From: the human T2T-CHM13v2.0 reference genome, Homo sapiens
Direction: 5' to 3' (one strand)
Length of the DNA stretch: 64,000 nt
NCBI RefSeq assembly: GCF_009914755.1
Contig: NC_060925.1
In this document: in pieces, positions 33,001 to 50,696 of the stretch
How positions within the stretch are numbered: the stretch's first letter is position 1
Layout of the letters: the number at the start of each line of letters is the position of its first letter
Position numbers and translations under genes: made by a program
Notes under the pieces: model-generated
Database searches by the model: none
Seen by the model: the letters and a program-made list of their open reading frames with translations, nothing else
What the model was told of the DNA's origin: nothing

Positions 33001-33459
33001 TGGGGATGATCATATGGTCTTTATTTTTAATACTGTTTATGTGGTGAATCACACGTTTTGATTTGCATATATTGAATCAACTTTCATCCCAGGAATCAAG
33101 CCTACTTGATCATGGTAATAAAGTTTTTGATGTGCTGTTTTATTTGGTTTACTAGCATGTTGTTGTAGATTTTTGGGTTTATACTCATGAGGGATATTGG
33201 CTTGTCATTTTCTTTTTTGTTATTGTGTCTTCACCAGGTTTTGGTATGGAGGTAACACTGGCTTGGTATAGTTTCAAAATTGGTAGCAGCTCCTATTTGT
33301 ACAATACATCTGGCAGAATCTGGCAGCGAATCCATTTGTCTGGGGCATTTTTTTTTTTTCTAGTTGGTAGGTTTTAAATTACTGATTCAATGTCAGAACT
33401 CAATACTGTTCTCTTCAGGGTTTCAATTTCTTCCTGACTCAATCTTAAGAGATTGTGTG

Positions 33460-33503
33460 TGTATTAGTCAGGGTTCTCTTAGAGGGACATAACTAATAAG
33501 ATG

Positions 33504-33547
<44 letters not shown>

Positions 33548-33975
33548 CACACACACATACATACATACATAGATACATAGATAGATACATAGATATAAAC
33601 GGGAGTTTGTTAAGTATTAACTTACATGATTACAAGGTCCCACAATAGGCTGCAAGCTGAGGAGCAAGGAGAGCCAGTTCAAGTTCCAAAACTGAAGAAT
33701 TTGGAGTCTGATGGTCGAGGGCAGGAAGCATCCAGCATGGGAGAAAGATGTGGGCTGGGAGGCTAGGCCTGTCTCTCTTTTTCACGATTTTCTGCCTGTT
33801 TTATATTCCCTGAGAGCTGATTAGATGGTGCCCACCAGATAAGGGTGGATCTGCCTTCCCCAGCCCACTGACTCAAATGTTAATCTCTTTTGGCAACACC
33901 CTCACAGACACACCCAGGATTAATGCTTTGTATCCTTCAATCCAATCAAGTTCACACTTAGTATTAACCATCACA
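33460..33975 (-). mobile_element. MLT2A2-like (HERV-L) solo LTR
   Basis: TG...CA termini (tgtattagtcagggttctc...ttaaccatcaca); exact 5 bp TSD gtgtg. Confidence 0.92.
33504..33547. repeat. (GATA)11 STR followed by CA/CATA repeats, inside MLT2A
   Basis: Seen directly. Confidence 0.95.
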
Positions 33976-35331
33976 GTGTGTTTCCAGGAATTCATCCATT
34001 TCCTCTAGATTTTCTAGTTTGTATGCATAGAGGTGTTCATAATAGTCTCTGAGGATCTTTTGTGTTTCTGTGGGATCGGTTGTAATGTCACTTTTGTCAC
34101 TTCTAATTGTGCTTATTTGAACTTCTTTTTTGTTAATCTAGCTAATGGTCTATCAATCTTGTGTATCCTTTCAAATAACCAATTTTTAGTTTTGTTGATT
34201 ATATTAATTTCTGGGTCTCAATTTCATTCAGCTCTGCTCTGATTTTAGTTATTTCTTTTTTTCTGCTAGCTTTGAAATGTTTGTTCTTGTTTTTCTAGTT
34301 CCTTTAGGTGTAGTATTAAATCATTAAATTGGGATCTTTCTAACTTCCTGCGGTAGGTATTTAGCACTATAAAATTTCCTCTTAACACTACTTTTGCTGC
34401 ATCCCAGAGGTTTTGGTACCTGTGCCTCTGTTTTCATTTATTTAAATTTTTTTTTATTTCTGCCTTAATTTCATTGTTTACACAAAAGTCATTCAGGAGC
34501 AAGTTGTATAATTTCCATGTAACTGTGGTTTTGAGTCCTTTAAGGTACTGATTTCTATTTTTATTCCACTGTGGTCTTAGAATATGGTTGCTATGATTTA
34601 GATTTTTTCAAATTTATTGAAACTTGCTTTATGGCTGAGCATGTGGTCAATCCTGGAGTATGTTCCAGGTGCAGATGAGAAGAATGTATGTTCTGTGGTT
34701 GATGAGTGAAGTGTTCTGTAGATGCCTATTAAGTCCAATTGGTCAAGTGTTTACTTTAAGTCCAGAATTTCTTTGTTCGTTTTCTGCCTCAGTGATCTAA
34801 TAGTGACAGTGGGGTGTTGAATTTCCCCACTATTATTGTGTGGCTGTCTAAGTCTTTTCCTAGGTCTTGTTTTATCAATGTGGCTACTCCAATATTGGGT
34901 ACATATATATTTAGGACAATTAAATCCTCTTGTTGAATTGAATCCTCTATCATTATGTAATGCCTTTCTTTGTTCTTTTTTACTGTTGTTGGTTTAAAGT
35001 TTGTTTTATCTGATGTAAGAATAGCAAGCCCTGCTCTTTTTTGTTATTCATTACTTTGAGCCTGTAGGTGTTGTTACCTGTGAGATGGGTCACTTGAAGA
35101 CAGCAGATGACTGGGTCTTGTTGTTTTATCAAACTTGCTACTCTGTGCCCTTTAAGTAGACTGTTTAGACCATTTACAATCAAGGTTAATATTCACATTT
35201 GAGGTTTTGACCCTATCATGAAATTGTTAGCTGGTGGCTTTGTAGTTTCTATTATGCGGTTGCTTTATAGGGTCTGTGGGCTATGTGCTTAAGGTGCTTT
35301 TGTGGCAGCAGCTGTTTCCATATTTAGAACT

Positions 35332-35935
<604 letters not shown>

Positions 35936-37613
35936 GAACACCTTTAAGGAACTCTTGTGAGGCTGGTCTAGTGGTAACAAATTCCCTTAGTGCTTGCTTG
36001 TCTGGAAAAAAATTTTATTTCTTCTTCATTTATGAAGCTTCATTTGACAGGACATGAAACTCTTGGTTGCAATTTCTTTTCTTTAAAAATGCTGAAAATA
36101 GCCCCCCCAACTCACTTTGCTTGTAAAGTTTCTGCTGATAAGTCTGCTGTTGGCCTGATAGGGCTCCTGTTGTACAAAATCTGACCTTTTTCTCTAGCTG
36201 CCTTTAAGATATTTTTCTTTAGCACCAACCTTGAACAGTTTGGTGACTATATGACTTAGTGATGTTCATTTTGTATAGTATCTCACAGGTGTTCTCAGGA
36301 TTTCTTGTAACTGGATGTCTACCTCTCTAGCAAGCTTAGGGAAATTTTCTTTAATTCCTCAAATTTGTTTTCCAGGTTGCTTATTTTTTTCCTTCTCTCT
36401 CAGTAATGCCAATAATTTGTAGTTTTGGTCACTTTACATAATCCCATATTTCTCAAAGACTGTTTATTTTATTAAATTATTTTTTCTTCCTTTTTGTCTG
36501 ACTGGGTTAATTCAAAAGACTGATCTTCAAGTTCTGAAATTCTTTCTTCTACTTGGTCCAAACCATTAATAAAACTTTGAATTGTATTTTTAAATTTCTT
36601 AAGTGAGTTTTTCAATTCCAGAACTGGTTGATTTCTTTTTAAGATATTTATCTCTTCCTTCATTCCCTGGATAGCTTTAGAAGCTTCTTTGTGCTGATTT
36701 TCAGTCTTGTCTTGGATCTCATTGAGCTTCCTTGCAATTCATGCTTTGAATTACTTATCTGTCATATCTGAGTTTCCATTTTGGTTAGGAACCATTTCTG
36801 GAAAGCTTGTGCAATCCTTTGGTGGTGTTACTACATTCAGATTTTTAATGGTGCCAGTAATCTTGTGCTGATTCTTTCTCAGCTGAAGATGCTAGCACTT
36901 CTAATTTTTGTAATTATTTTCATGTAGGTAGGATGTTTCTTTCTCTTTTCTTCCTCTATAATATTACTGGGTTTTTTTTCCTTCTCTTTCCCTTTCCCCT
37001 GCTTCCTATGGGTATGACTACAGATTATTTTGGGTAAGATCTATTTGTTTTGCTTCTATCTTTGCTCTGCCTTTGGTTTTGTTTCTACCAGTTCTTCTGG
37101 TAGGTTTTGTATCAGGCTGTGCAGTTCAATCTACATGCCAGTAGATGATGCTTATAGGTAAGAGCCAGTTGCAGCCAATGTAGCTGGATACTTGATCCTT
37201 GTTTACTGGCAGAAGTTCTCTGTTGCCTCAGACAATGGGCTGATACATAGAATGCATAGTGGTCTGAGCTCCCTGCTCAGCCCCAAGGGCATGGGGCCAG
37301 ACTGGTCAGGTCCACCTAAAGGTCCCCTGATACAGGCACAAGCACCAGCACTGACAGAGAATCCAATGGGTGGCTACCAAGCACCCAGAGGTATGCCTAG
37401 GCATGGAGCTCCTCAGTATCAAGTTCTCTGCACAGGAATGGGAAACCTCTTCAGCATCAACTTCTCTACACAGGGATGGGGGATGCCCTAAACTCCAAAT
37501 CCAGAAGAGCTCTGCCTAGGTGTGTAGTATAGTGGGCTCCCCCTGAACCAAGATCTCTGCATAAAAGGGGTAGGGTGACTCGAACTGCTGAACCGGGCAA
37601 GCAGGTGTTCTGA

Positions 37614-38291
<678 letters not shown>

Positions 38292-38476
38292 CCATTTTCC
38301 TTCTTGAAAAAAAGCTCATACAGTTTATCTTCATGCACTATCTAGCCATTTCCAAGTGGCTGAGGCATGCTACAAGCCTCTTATCTGCCATCTTAGAGAA
38401 ACAATCTGCACTTTATAAATGGACAGGTAAATCTTTGTTGAGAGAGAAAAAATAAAGGAAACAGCTTGTAGAGTGA

Positions 38477-39100
<624 letters not shown>

Positions 39101-40729
39101 TAAACAATCACACATAAAATAATTGGTGTAGAAGTCAAAATTTTTTAAATGGTTAGCTCAGAAAATACAGAAAGCTCAAGACACATTACTAAAACATGAA
39201 CTGACCTTAACAAAGAAAAACACTGCTTTGTTTCTATTATACTTCAAAAAAAAACAGTAATAAGAATTTTAAAAAAAATCAGTTCTCTGTTGCATAGAAG
39301 GAGAAATATACCATTTTCTCTTTCTGTGAGGAAAAAGAGGAAAATCATATTTAAAACGAATGACATTCTGTACAGATGGGCATAAACAGCGCCCTCTGTC
39401 TCATGTACACACATCCTTTTCTTGTCACTCAGCTTTATTTCTGGCAATTCTTAAATCGGAGAAAAAAGTTACAATAAATCTGTAAGATCCATATTGTGTA
39501 TAGAAGTAAGTGAAAAATAAGCTGTTCAAATTCCAATACCTACTGATCTCCTTCTGTGGCCAAAGTTTCTCTGACATCATTCTGCTGCTTTTGTTTATTC
39601 TTCCATGCTCTCCTATTGTTACAGAGGGCAACTAATTTTAAAAAGTATTTGACAGTATTAAGCAATAACTTTGTGCCGATTTTCTTTTTCACAGAACAGA
39701 ATTAAATTTGAGTGCAGATGTGAGTAGATATAGAAGAGTGTATGATATTTTTGTGTGTGTGTTTTCTTTGTAGAGTCCAAAAGCCCTGTGGATTGTTAGT
39801 GAAGCTCAGGCAGAATAAAGCAAATAGAAGAACAAGGCAACTGAAGTCTAACGATATGGTGGATAAGAATCCGATTTTAAATCTTGACATTGCTTGAGAA
39901 TGGGACTAATGTGTTACTTATTTTTCGCACTATGACTAACAATTATTAAACATCTAATATGTACCAAACACAGTTCTGGACATATTCCCATATCTTAACT
40001 CGTTTAATCTTGACAACAATCCTTCTGAGGTAGGTTTTATTACCCTTCATTTCAGATGAGGAAATAAACTCACAGACATTACTAATTTGGGTGACTCAGA
40101 CAGACACAGTTTCCATTTTGTTTTTCCTTTCAGTTAACATATATTTCTTATGGACTTTCTGCTTGTTCCAGGCACTATGCTTGGCACAGCGTCTACCATT
40201 TCTCTTTCTACTAAACCATATAGCCGGTCTCTGACACCTAGCACGGTACCTAGGTCATATTAGGTTCTCAATGAAGATTCACTGAATTATTTGGTTAATT
40301 TACTTGTCTCTATAAAATAAACATTTACATAGAAATTTGGGTCCAGGTTTATATTATCTTAAAACATCTTGTAATTCAACACTGTTAAAACATGTATTTT
40401 AAAAATAGTTTTTAAAAAGAGAAAATATTTCATTGATTATAGACATCTAGGAAACCCAAGTCAGGTGGCAAATACCTGCACTGAAAACTAACAGAATCAT
40501 GGAAAGGAAGCCTGACACAGCATGATGCACATTCTCTCAACTTTGTATGTAAATAAATCCTACATTCTTTAATTGTCTCAAGAATGCGTGATTTGAATAC
40601 CTAATTCTATTACAAATATCACATGGGAATGGTCTTCCAATGTTGGTACATGTACTCAAGGCACAGTGCATAGTGTTGACCAAAAAGCAAAAGCTTACCA
40701 TGAAAAAAGGTAAGTAATGGATGGATTAC

Positions 40730-40960
40730 TTTGTAGTCAGACATGGATAAGGTTGAATGTTAGCTCTGCCATTTACTAGCTACCTTATTTTGAGGGAAGT
40801 TATTTCACTTTTCTGAGGCTGTTTCTGTACTATAAAATACAGATAATTCTAACAGCATCTACTGTGCACTCAGAGATTATGGTGAGGACTAAATGACAGG
40901 ATGTATGTGAAATATTTGGCACATACCCAGGTCAGAGTTAGGGCTCATTAACAGTTAGCT
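40730..40960 (+). mobile_element. MIR
   Basis: ggttgaatgttagctctgccatttactagct...gtgaggactaaatga. Confidence 0.75.
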
Positions 40961-41930
40961 GTATATTGAAGTAGAAAAGTTAGGGAGGCTGGGAAATAAA
41001 TTTTCTGGTAGGCATGAGGTGGAGCAGACTACATAATGATCACCTTCTTTTTACTGTCTAACCTTTAAAGCTCCTTAGTATGCAGGAAAATGCCTGCTCC
41101 TGAATGAGCTGATCTTCATACCAGCGTATTTATCTTTCCTAATTCAAAAACAGCCTCCTTAAAACACAAACATACCTTTTCATACTGTCATTCAAAATAG
41201 CTGCTTATGATATAACTTAATAGTAAAAATGGGAAAATTACTGATTTCTTTTTGTACAATTCTATGTACCTTCAACAAATTATGCCTTTTCATTTTCAAA
41301 GGATAATACCAATTCCTTCCAAAGGCATGATCAAACCTAAATAGTGGTTAATTTGAACATTTCTTTTAAGTCCCAGAAGAAGAAATTACGTTAACCACTT
41401 CTTCATATCTTAAGTGAAAAATGTGTAAGACAGTAACTGTCTTAAATAATTACATTTCTGCTTATTAGGTGTAATTAATATTTTATCCCCAAATTAAGCC
41501 AAAATAATTCCTTAGATATAAGATGCCTACACAACCAACAAATCAAGCTTTTAATTTCTGAGTTCTAGCCAAAAGGCCATATTGCCTAAGAAGAGCAGAA
41601 ATAAATGTTTTTTTTGTTGCCTTTTTAAAAACTTTGTAACCTACATATAAATAGAAGGAAACTCAGATTTCGAATACAGACTTCTGAGGGAAATCAAATG
41701 AATACAAAATTTATTGTATACTAAGCAGTAACTCTTGTTTATTCTATCACTTGGGACTGTATATTCTTTTTAAATTAGTATATCAATTGTTCTGAATATA
41801 ATAATTCAATACAGTCATCTTCCTAAGGGTCCATTTTAAGCATCATTCAAAGCAAGTAGTAGTAAAAAGGAACAAAGCATAAGCCACAGCAGTGCTAAAA
41901 ATATGGTAATTGATTAAAACAAAAACAATT

Positions 41931-42048
41931 AGCTGGGTGCAATGGCTCATACCTATAATCCCAGCATTTTGGGAAGCCAAGGTAGGAGGATGGCTTCAGC
42001 CCAGAAGTTCACGACCAGCCTGGGCAAGATGGTGAGACCCTGCATCTT
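41931..42048 (+). mobile_element. FLAM_C/AluJ left monomer
   Basis: gctgggtgcaatggctcatacctataatcccagca...gagaccctgcatct. Confidence 0.8.
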
Positions 42049-42702
42049 AGAACTGATGAAAGACGGTAACTTTTCTATATTTTTTCAATATGATTTTATT
42101 CTCACACATCAACAACATTCTAAGATGTCTTACAAAGAATAGCTTTTGTAATCCCATGGCCTCTAATGCAATACAGTGCTTTATACACATTCTATGGGAA
42201 TTGCAGGTACCATCTCCATAGCCTAAGAGTATGCAATCTGAACCAAATCCTTTTCTGTCCACATCTTGAAGTGCTTCTTAAATTCCTAAGATCTAACTAG
42301 TTACTTCTCTATTACCTGTTAGTGGCTCTGCTATAGAAGAAAAGGTGAAAGTAAATATCTACAAAGAAAGACAGTGGGGATAGTGACAACAATAATAACC
42401 ACTATTTACTAAGTGCTATGTTCTAAACACTTTACATGGACTTTGTTACTTAATGTTTGCAATTCTATGATGCATACAGAATCAGTCTTATTACGAGATG
42501 AAGAAATTTAGTTTCCAACTGATAATTGTGAAGAAATAAAAAACTACAGGAGAGTGATTTTTAAATCAAAGGTGCATATGAAGAGAAGCATGCTAATGAA
42601 ATAATCCTGCTAGCTTTTCTTTTTTGATTTTGTAAAATATTAATTGCTCTTGCACTGTTCTTTATTGACAATGGATCAGACTGAAGCTTCTGGTCAGTGT
42701 AT

Positions 42703-43004
42703 CTTTATTATTTTTCGAGACAGGGTCTTTCTCTGTTGACCAGGCTGGAGTACCAGGGTGTGAGCATAGCTCACTGTAACCTCAAACACCTGGGCTCAAG
42801 TGATCCCACCTCAGCCTCCCAAGTAGCTAGGATGTGGGAGTATGCCAACATACCCAGCTAATTTTTGTATTTTTTTTTTTTTTTGTAATAGACAGGGTCT
42901 CACTTTCTTGTCCATGCTTGTCTTGAACTCCTGACCTCAAGCAAACCTCCCTCCTTGGCCTCTCAAAGTGCTAGGATTATAGGCATGAGCCACTATATCC
43001 AGTT
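42703..43004 (-). mobile_element. AluJ
   Basis: catagctcactgtaacctcaaacacctgggctcaag diagnostic. Confidence 0.88.
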
Positions 43005-44196
43005 CTGCTTCGTTTTTTTTGTTGTTGTTGTTTGTTTGTCTTAAGAAAAAATTCTCATTTTGTGAAGTGTGAGCCAGGAGAAAGAGACAAGAGGCTGACT
43101 CCAGAAAAACTGCAGTCTTCATTCTTAAAAAGCACATCTTTCAGGAATGATAGCTATTGGGATATTCACATGTCAGCAGCTCTCAGTATAAACAAAACAA
43201 CAATAAAAAGTCAGCAAATCAGCAAGAGGAATAAACATGTCAGAAATATTGTGGGATCCAGTGACCATCACATGTCTTAATAATGAGCTCATCATCCAGC
43301 CTGTATGAGCCTTCTCCTGTGAGAGCATCTTTTTGAACCAACGGATCAACAGAAAATACTCCCGCAGTGCTTGCTTTTTAAAGTAGGATTATATGAAAGT
43401 AACTGAGAATTACTCCCATCTCCTTATATTGACAATCTTCCAGTTAATGAGAAGATGGATTTTCTCCTCAAGCTATTGGGTTTGAGAATCTTCTGTTCTG
43501 TGTTAGCTAATCTCTCATGAATGTTTTTAACACTGAAGGTCCTTGTATTTGCTATTACAAAAAAGCAAGTGCAACTGAGTTCCTTCCTTAGAATTTTGAG
43601 CTCGCAATCATTTGTTCAAGATCCCACTAATCTTTTTAGTTCTTGTTTGCTGAACACCTGATTTTAAAAGGGAACCCCACAAATCCCCTTTAACCACTCT
43701 TCCATTTGAGTCCATCCTTCATAGTCATCTACTAAACATTTTGTTTACAATGTATCAAAGGTTATGATTCCTAGGAAGTTTGGCTTTCTTTTTTTGTAAA
43801 AAACAGGGAAAGAACTCTATTGGGAATGTCATGCCCTGTCCATCCATCCCATCTTTTTTTAATCGGGCAACTTTATATTCATCCTACCAGGACCAACTCT
43901 AATGTCCAAACTGCGTGACAGAATTAACAGTTCCTTCCTCTGTATTCCTAAAGTATTTTGTTCACATTATTATTATTAGAGTATTAATATATTGAGTATA
44001 GAATGTTTTGGTATGCAGATAATGAAGTCTTATTCATCTTTATATGTTCCAACGGTACCTGGTACAGAGTAGTTACTCAGTAAAAGTATGTTGAATAATT
44101 TTATTAACGTGATTCCAAATCCCTAAGTGATAATCTTATTTAAGGAAAATACTATAACACTGAATACTCTCTGAATAGTCTCTGAAACAGTAATGA

Positions 44197-44402
44197 GAAA
44201 TACAAAAATCAGCTGGGCATGGTGGTGCACACCTGTAATCCCAGCTGCTAGGGAGGCTGAGGCAGGAGAATTGCTTAACTGGGACCCGGGAGGTGGAGGT
44301 TGCAGTGAGCCAAGATTGCACCAGTGCACTCCAGCCGAAAGAAAGACAGAAAGAAAGAGAGAAAGAGAGAGAGAGAAGAGAAAGATAGAGAGAGAAAGAA
44401 AG
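44197..44402 (+). mobile_element. 5'-truncated Alu (right arm) with GA-rich tail
   Basis: aaatacaaaaatcagctgggc...gcactccagcc; agtaatga on both flanks. Confidence 0.85.
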
Positions 44403-45615
44403 TAATGACAGAGAAAATACTTTTTCGAGTAAAACCTCAGAAAAGAATATGATCCCAAGTAAAAAAAAAAGTAAACTGCGAAAATAATATTTTTTTCCTT
44501 TTCTTATTCATTTTCCACAGCTTCTTAATTCTCTTCCATTAAATCTTATTGAGGCAATTTTATTTATGGATAGTTATATCTAGTTTTATAAGCCTGGCAA
44601 ATATCTTGCCCCAAAGTTACAGAATATGTATCTAGTACTGGATAATGCAAAATTCACTTTGAAACTTTTTATTAGAATATTTGCTTGCCTAATTAAAGAT
44701 GGAATAGAGCAATATTATAATAAATGTGCATAGCCTGAATACAAAGGAGCTAAGAGATAACGGAATACATACATACTTGGCCAAAGAAGACAGACCACAA
44801 TTATAAATATAGCCTAGATATATACAAAGCAAATGGTCATGCATTAACATATTAATTGAAGGTGATGAACTGAAGTTTTATCAATTAAGAAAACACTGCA
44901 AGCTATATTCTGGGCCCAATTTTAAAAGTAGAAAAAAAATGGTATTATTTTATGGTTTATGTTATTTATGTTTATTTTATGTTATTTGATTATTCCCAGT
45001 CCATAGGCACATCCTTAAAATTTCATATAAACACTTTGGGGAAACATTTTAAAGTTTTCATTTGAACTTACTCCTCGTCCTCAAATGCCAGCAAACTGTT
45101 CCTGGTATATAGAAAACAGATCTTATCTAAGAATTCACCGTTTACATGTGAAAGCCTTTGCTTAGAATTCCTCCTCCTCTCCTGTCTGCCTGTTGAAATC
45201 CTGTCATTCTTTAAGGGTCAGACATTGTGCTTATATATTGTCAGACCACATCTTCTGAGTCTCTCTTGCAGCCCCTTCCTGGATTACAACTCTAAGGCAG
45301 AGACTGCACCTTAGGTACGGGAGCATACTGTTGCATGCTCAACAATATTTGATGAATTGAAAGTAGGCTTTTATCAATTCATAAACAAAATCAATTATTT
45401 TACCAATTCCAGCTCATTTCAACAGATTTCTATTCCCAAAGTCTAGGGTCCTTTGTCTTTGTTCTGTCAATCCCTAAAGAAGCAAGATCATTTCTGTCTT
45501 TTCCTATGAGCCTGAGAGAGGACAGGCCTCACACATTCACCATTCCCAGGTGTGCAGTAGTGTAAAAATAATTCACACTGATTCCAAGGTATCACTTATC
45601 AATTGGGAATTGTAT

Positions 45616-46476
<861 letters not shown>

Positions 46477-47084
46477 CTATCACTGTTAATAAAATGATCC
46501 AAACTTCATCACCGTTAACCCAATTAACCCTAAAGTAGCTGAAGAGTAAAAAGTTACAGGTTCCCATTACTAAATTAGAATCAGTAAAGAATAATAAGCA
46601 CGTAACTGAATCTAATTAATAAATAAAATCTCTCCCTTTTCCATCCCACTAAATGCCAGTAATCCCACTGTAATCCCACCATACCATCTAAAATGTATGC
46701 TTCAAGGCCCAGGGTTAAGGCCCAACTACATGAAGCCTCCCAGTTTCCTTTGTTTTCTCTGAAACTGGCTGATACCACCCTTTCCAGATCTCACACTTTA
46801 GTTAGTAGATCGACTAACAACACAGCAAGAGCCTGTGTTAGTAACTCAATAAATACTGAATTGAACGGCTTCTAAGTTATCACTTTATAAGAATGAATAT
46901 AATCTTCTTAACATTATGACACTGATATTATGTTCTCATTTTTGACGTTAGGAAATGGAGGGTCAGAAGATTAGCTGGTGGTGATAGAACCACGATTAGA
47001 ATCCTTATCTGTCCAATTCATACTTTCATACTCTTCCCCCATATTCCAGTATGACCCTGGAATTTATTCTGTCAAATATTATTG

Positions 47085-47438
47085 TTTTCTTTCTGTTTCT
47101 TTTTTTTTCTTTTTTTTTTTTGTTTTTGTTGTTTTGTTTTGTTTTGTTTTTTGAGGCAGGCTCTTGTTCTGTTGCCCAGGCTACAGTGCAGTGGTGCAAT
47201 CACAGCTCACCGCAACCTCAACCTCCCGAGCCCAAGCAATCCTCCCACCTCAGCCGTAAGCAGCCGGGACTACAGGCACATGCCATCTTGCCTGGCTCAT
47301 TTTAAAAAAAATCTTTTTTGTAGAGAAGCTGTCTTCCTACGTTGCCCAGGCTGGTCTCAAACTCTTGGACTCAAGTGATATTCCTGCCTCAGCCTCCCAA
47401 AGTGCTGGGATTCCGGGCGTGTACCACCACACCCAGCG
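47085..47438 (-). mobile_element. AluJ
   Basis: J diagnostics; TSD gtcaa(a/g)tattatt. Confidence 0.9.
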
Positions 47439-50400
47439 GTCAAGTATTATTCCTGAGTGACTTTGTACATGAGGTTTACCTTCCCAAGAACCATGTTGGT
47501 TCCTGAAGAATGACCTCCAACACCAGAGACAGAGTTTTCAAATTGAAATGGTACTCAAGTTGGTTAATTTGAACAGATTGTCTCTTTTGCTAGGTCATTC
47601 TCAATTAAGTCTTGGTTGAATAAATTAATAACATTACGACAAACAAGGATTAACTTCAGACCCTACCCTCTTAATCCCTGAAAGAACTGGACATTATAGC
47701 CCTACCCATAGGAAGACAGTGATAGAATTTTCTTTAAAACTATATACAACATATTATATGAATTAACATAATTATTTATTCTTGCTACCATGCATTTACA
47801 TCAAACCATTCATTTCTCAAGGCATAGATGCATCCAAAATCCTCCTAGATTGAAACTGTTTTCATTTTTTATTGCAATAAAATATGCATAAAAAATTTAC
47901 TATCTTAACCATAGTTAAGTATACACTTTAGTGTTACTAAATCCATTCATAATGTTGTGCACCATCACCACCATCCATCTCTGTAACTCTTTTCATCTTG
48001 CAGAACTGAAACTCTAAATTCATTAAACAGTAACTCCAGTTCCCTCCTTCTTTCTAGCCTCTGGCAATCACCATTCTACTTTCTGGCTCTAAGATTTTGA
48101 CTCCTCTAAGTATCTCATAAAAGTGGAGTCATATAGTATTTGTCTTTAATGTGGCTGGCTTATTTCACTTAGCATAATGTCCTCAAGGTTCAACCATGTT
48201 GTAGCATGTGTCTTCATTTCCCTCCTTTTTAATGCTGAATGACATTTTATGATATGTATGTATGTACCACATTTTGTTTTCAGATAAATGACATGAGGGT
48301 TGCTTCTACATTTTAGTCATTGTGAATAGTGCTGCTATGAACACTGGCATACAAACATCTCTTTGAGATCCTGCTTTCAATTCTTTTGGGTACATACACA
48401 TAAATGGAATTGCTGGATCATACAGTAATTCTATTTTTAAATTTTTGAGTTGCCGCCATACTGTTTGCCACAGTGGCTATACAGTTTTACACGTCCACGC
48501 AGTGCACAAGGCTTCCAATTTCCCCACATCCTCCCCAACACTTATTTTCTGGGGTTTTTTAAATAGCAGTCATCCTAATTTGTGTGAAGTGGTATCTCAC
48601 TGTAGTTTTGATTTGCATTTCCGTCATGATTAGTGATGCTAAGCATCTTTTCATGTGCTTATTGGCGTATCTTCTTTGGAAAAATGTCTACTTAAGTCCT
48701 TTGCCCATTTTAAAATCATGTTGCTTTTCTATTGTTGAGTTCTTAATTATATATTTTGATATTGATCCATTATCAGATATAAGGTTTGCAAATATCTTCT
48801 CCCATACTCTGGGTTACCTTTTAACTGTTGATACTGTCTTTTGATGCACCAAATTTTTTAAATTTTCATAAAGAACAATTTGTTTATTTTTTTTCTTTAG
48901 CTGCCTGTTCCTTTGGTGTCATTCCCAAGATACCACTGACAAATCCAATGTCATGAAGCTTCTGCCCTATGTTTTCTAGGAGTTTTATAGTTTGGGGTCT
49001 TACATTTAGGTCTTTGATCCATTTTGAGTTGATTTTTGTATACAAACTTAGATAAAGGTCCAACTTCATTCTTTTGCATATGGATACCCAGTTGTCCTGG
49101 CACCATTTGTTGAATTGACTGTGCTTTCTCCATTGAAGGGTCTTGGCACCCCCATCGAAAATCATTTGACCATATAGGTGAGGTTTTACTTCTGGACTTT
49201 CCCGTTGATTCCATTGGTCTATATGTCTGTCTTTATGCCAGTAACACACTGTTTTGGTCACAGTAGCTTCTTAGCAAATTTTGAAATCAGCACATTGAGT
49301 CATCCAGCTATGTTATTTTTCAAGATAACTTTAGCTATTTGGAGTCCCTCAAGATTCCATATAAATTTTAGATTTTTTTTTCCTTTTCTGCAAAAAAACA
49401 TCATTGCGATTTTGATAGGGAACGCATTGAATCTGTAGAGGCCTTTGGGTAGGTAATGACATCTTAACAATATTAAATCTTCCAGTTCACAAACATGGGA
49501 TATGTTTCCACTTATTTATGTTGCCTTTAATTTCTTTCAGCAATGTTTTTCTGCTTTTCATTGTTAAGTTTTTAACCTCCTTGTTAATTCCTAAGTATTT
49601 TATTCTTTTGGATGGAATTGTTTTTGTAATTTCCTTTTCAGATTGTTCACTGTTTGTTTGTGTATAAAAATGCAACGGATTTTTGTGTATTCACGTTGTG
49701 CCCCAATACTTTGTTTAATTCAGTTATTAGCATTGATAGTTTTTTGTGGGATCTTTAGGATTTTCTATCTACAAGGTCATATCATCTATGAACAGAGATA
49801 ATTTTACCTCTTCCTTTCCAATTTGTGTGCCTTTTATTTCTTTTTCTTGCCTAAATGGTCTAGCTAGAACTTCAGTAGTATGTTGAATAGAAGTGGTGAA
49901 AAGCAGGCATCCTTATCTCATCCTCAATCTTAAAGGAAAAGCTTTTGGTCTTTCACCAGTAAGATGTTGGCTATGGGTTTTTCATATATGGCTTTTACTA
50001 TGTTGAAGTAGTTTCTTTTTATTCCTTATGTGTTCAGTGATTTTTGTCATGAAAGGGTATTGAATTTTGTCAAAATGATTTTTCTGCTTCGATTCAGATG
50101 ATCACGTGGGGTTTTTTTCCCCCTACAATCTGTTTATATGATATATTACACTGATTGATTTTCACATTTTGAACCATTCTTGCAGTCTGGGAATAAATGC
50201 CATTTGGTCATGGTGTATAATCCTTTTAATATGCTGCTAAATTTGGTTTGCTAGTATTCTGTTGAAAATTTTTACATCAGTGTTCATAAGGGATACTGGT
50301 TTGTAGTTTTCTTTTCTCATAATATCTTTGTCTGGCTTTGGTAACAGGGTAATGTTGGCCTCATAATAAAAGCATTAGGAAGTATTTCTTCCTCTTCAAT

Positions 50401-50696
50401 ACTTTGGAAAAGTTTGAGAAAGATTAGTATCAGCTTCTCTATAAATGTTTGGTAGAATTCACCTGTGAAGCCCTCCAAGTCAGCTTTTCTCTGTTGAGAG
50501 ATTATTGATTACTGATTCAATCTCCTAACTAGGTATAGGTCCATTCAGATTTTCATAATTTTTGTCTTTCACAGTTTTTGATATTTCCAGAAGTTTGTCC
50601 CTTTCATCTAGGGTATTCAATTTGTTGTCATACAACTCTTCCTAATGCCCTCCTATAATCCTTTTTCATTCTGTATGATTCATAATAATGTCCCTG

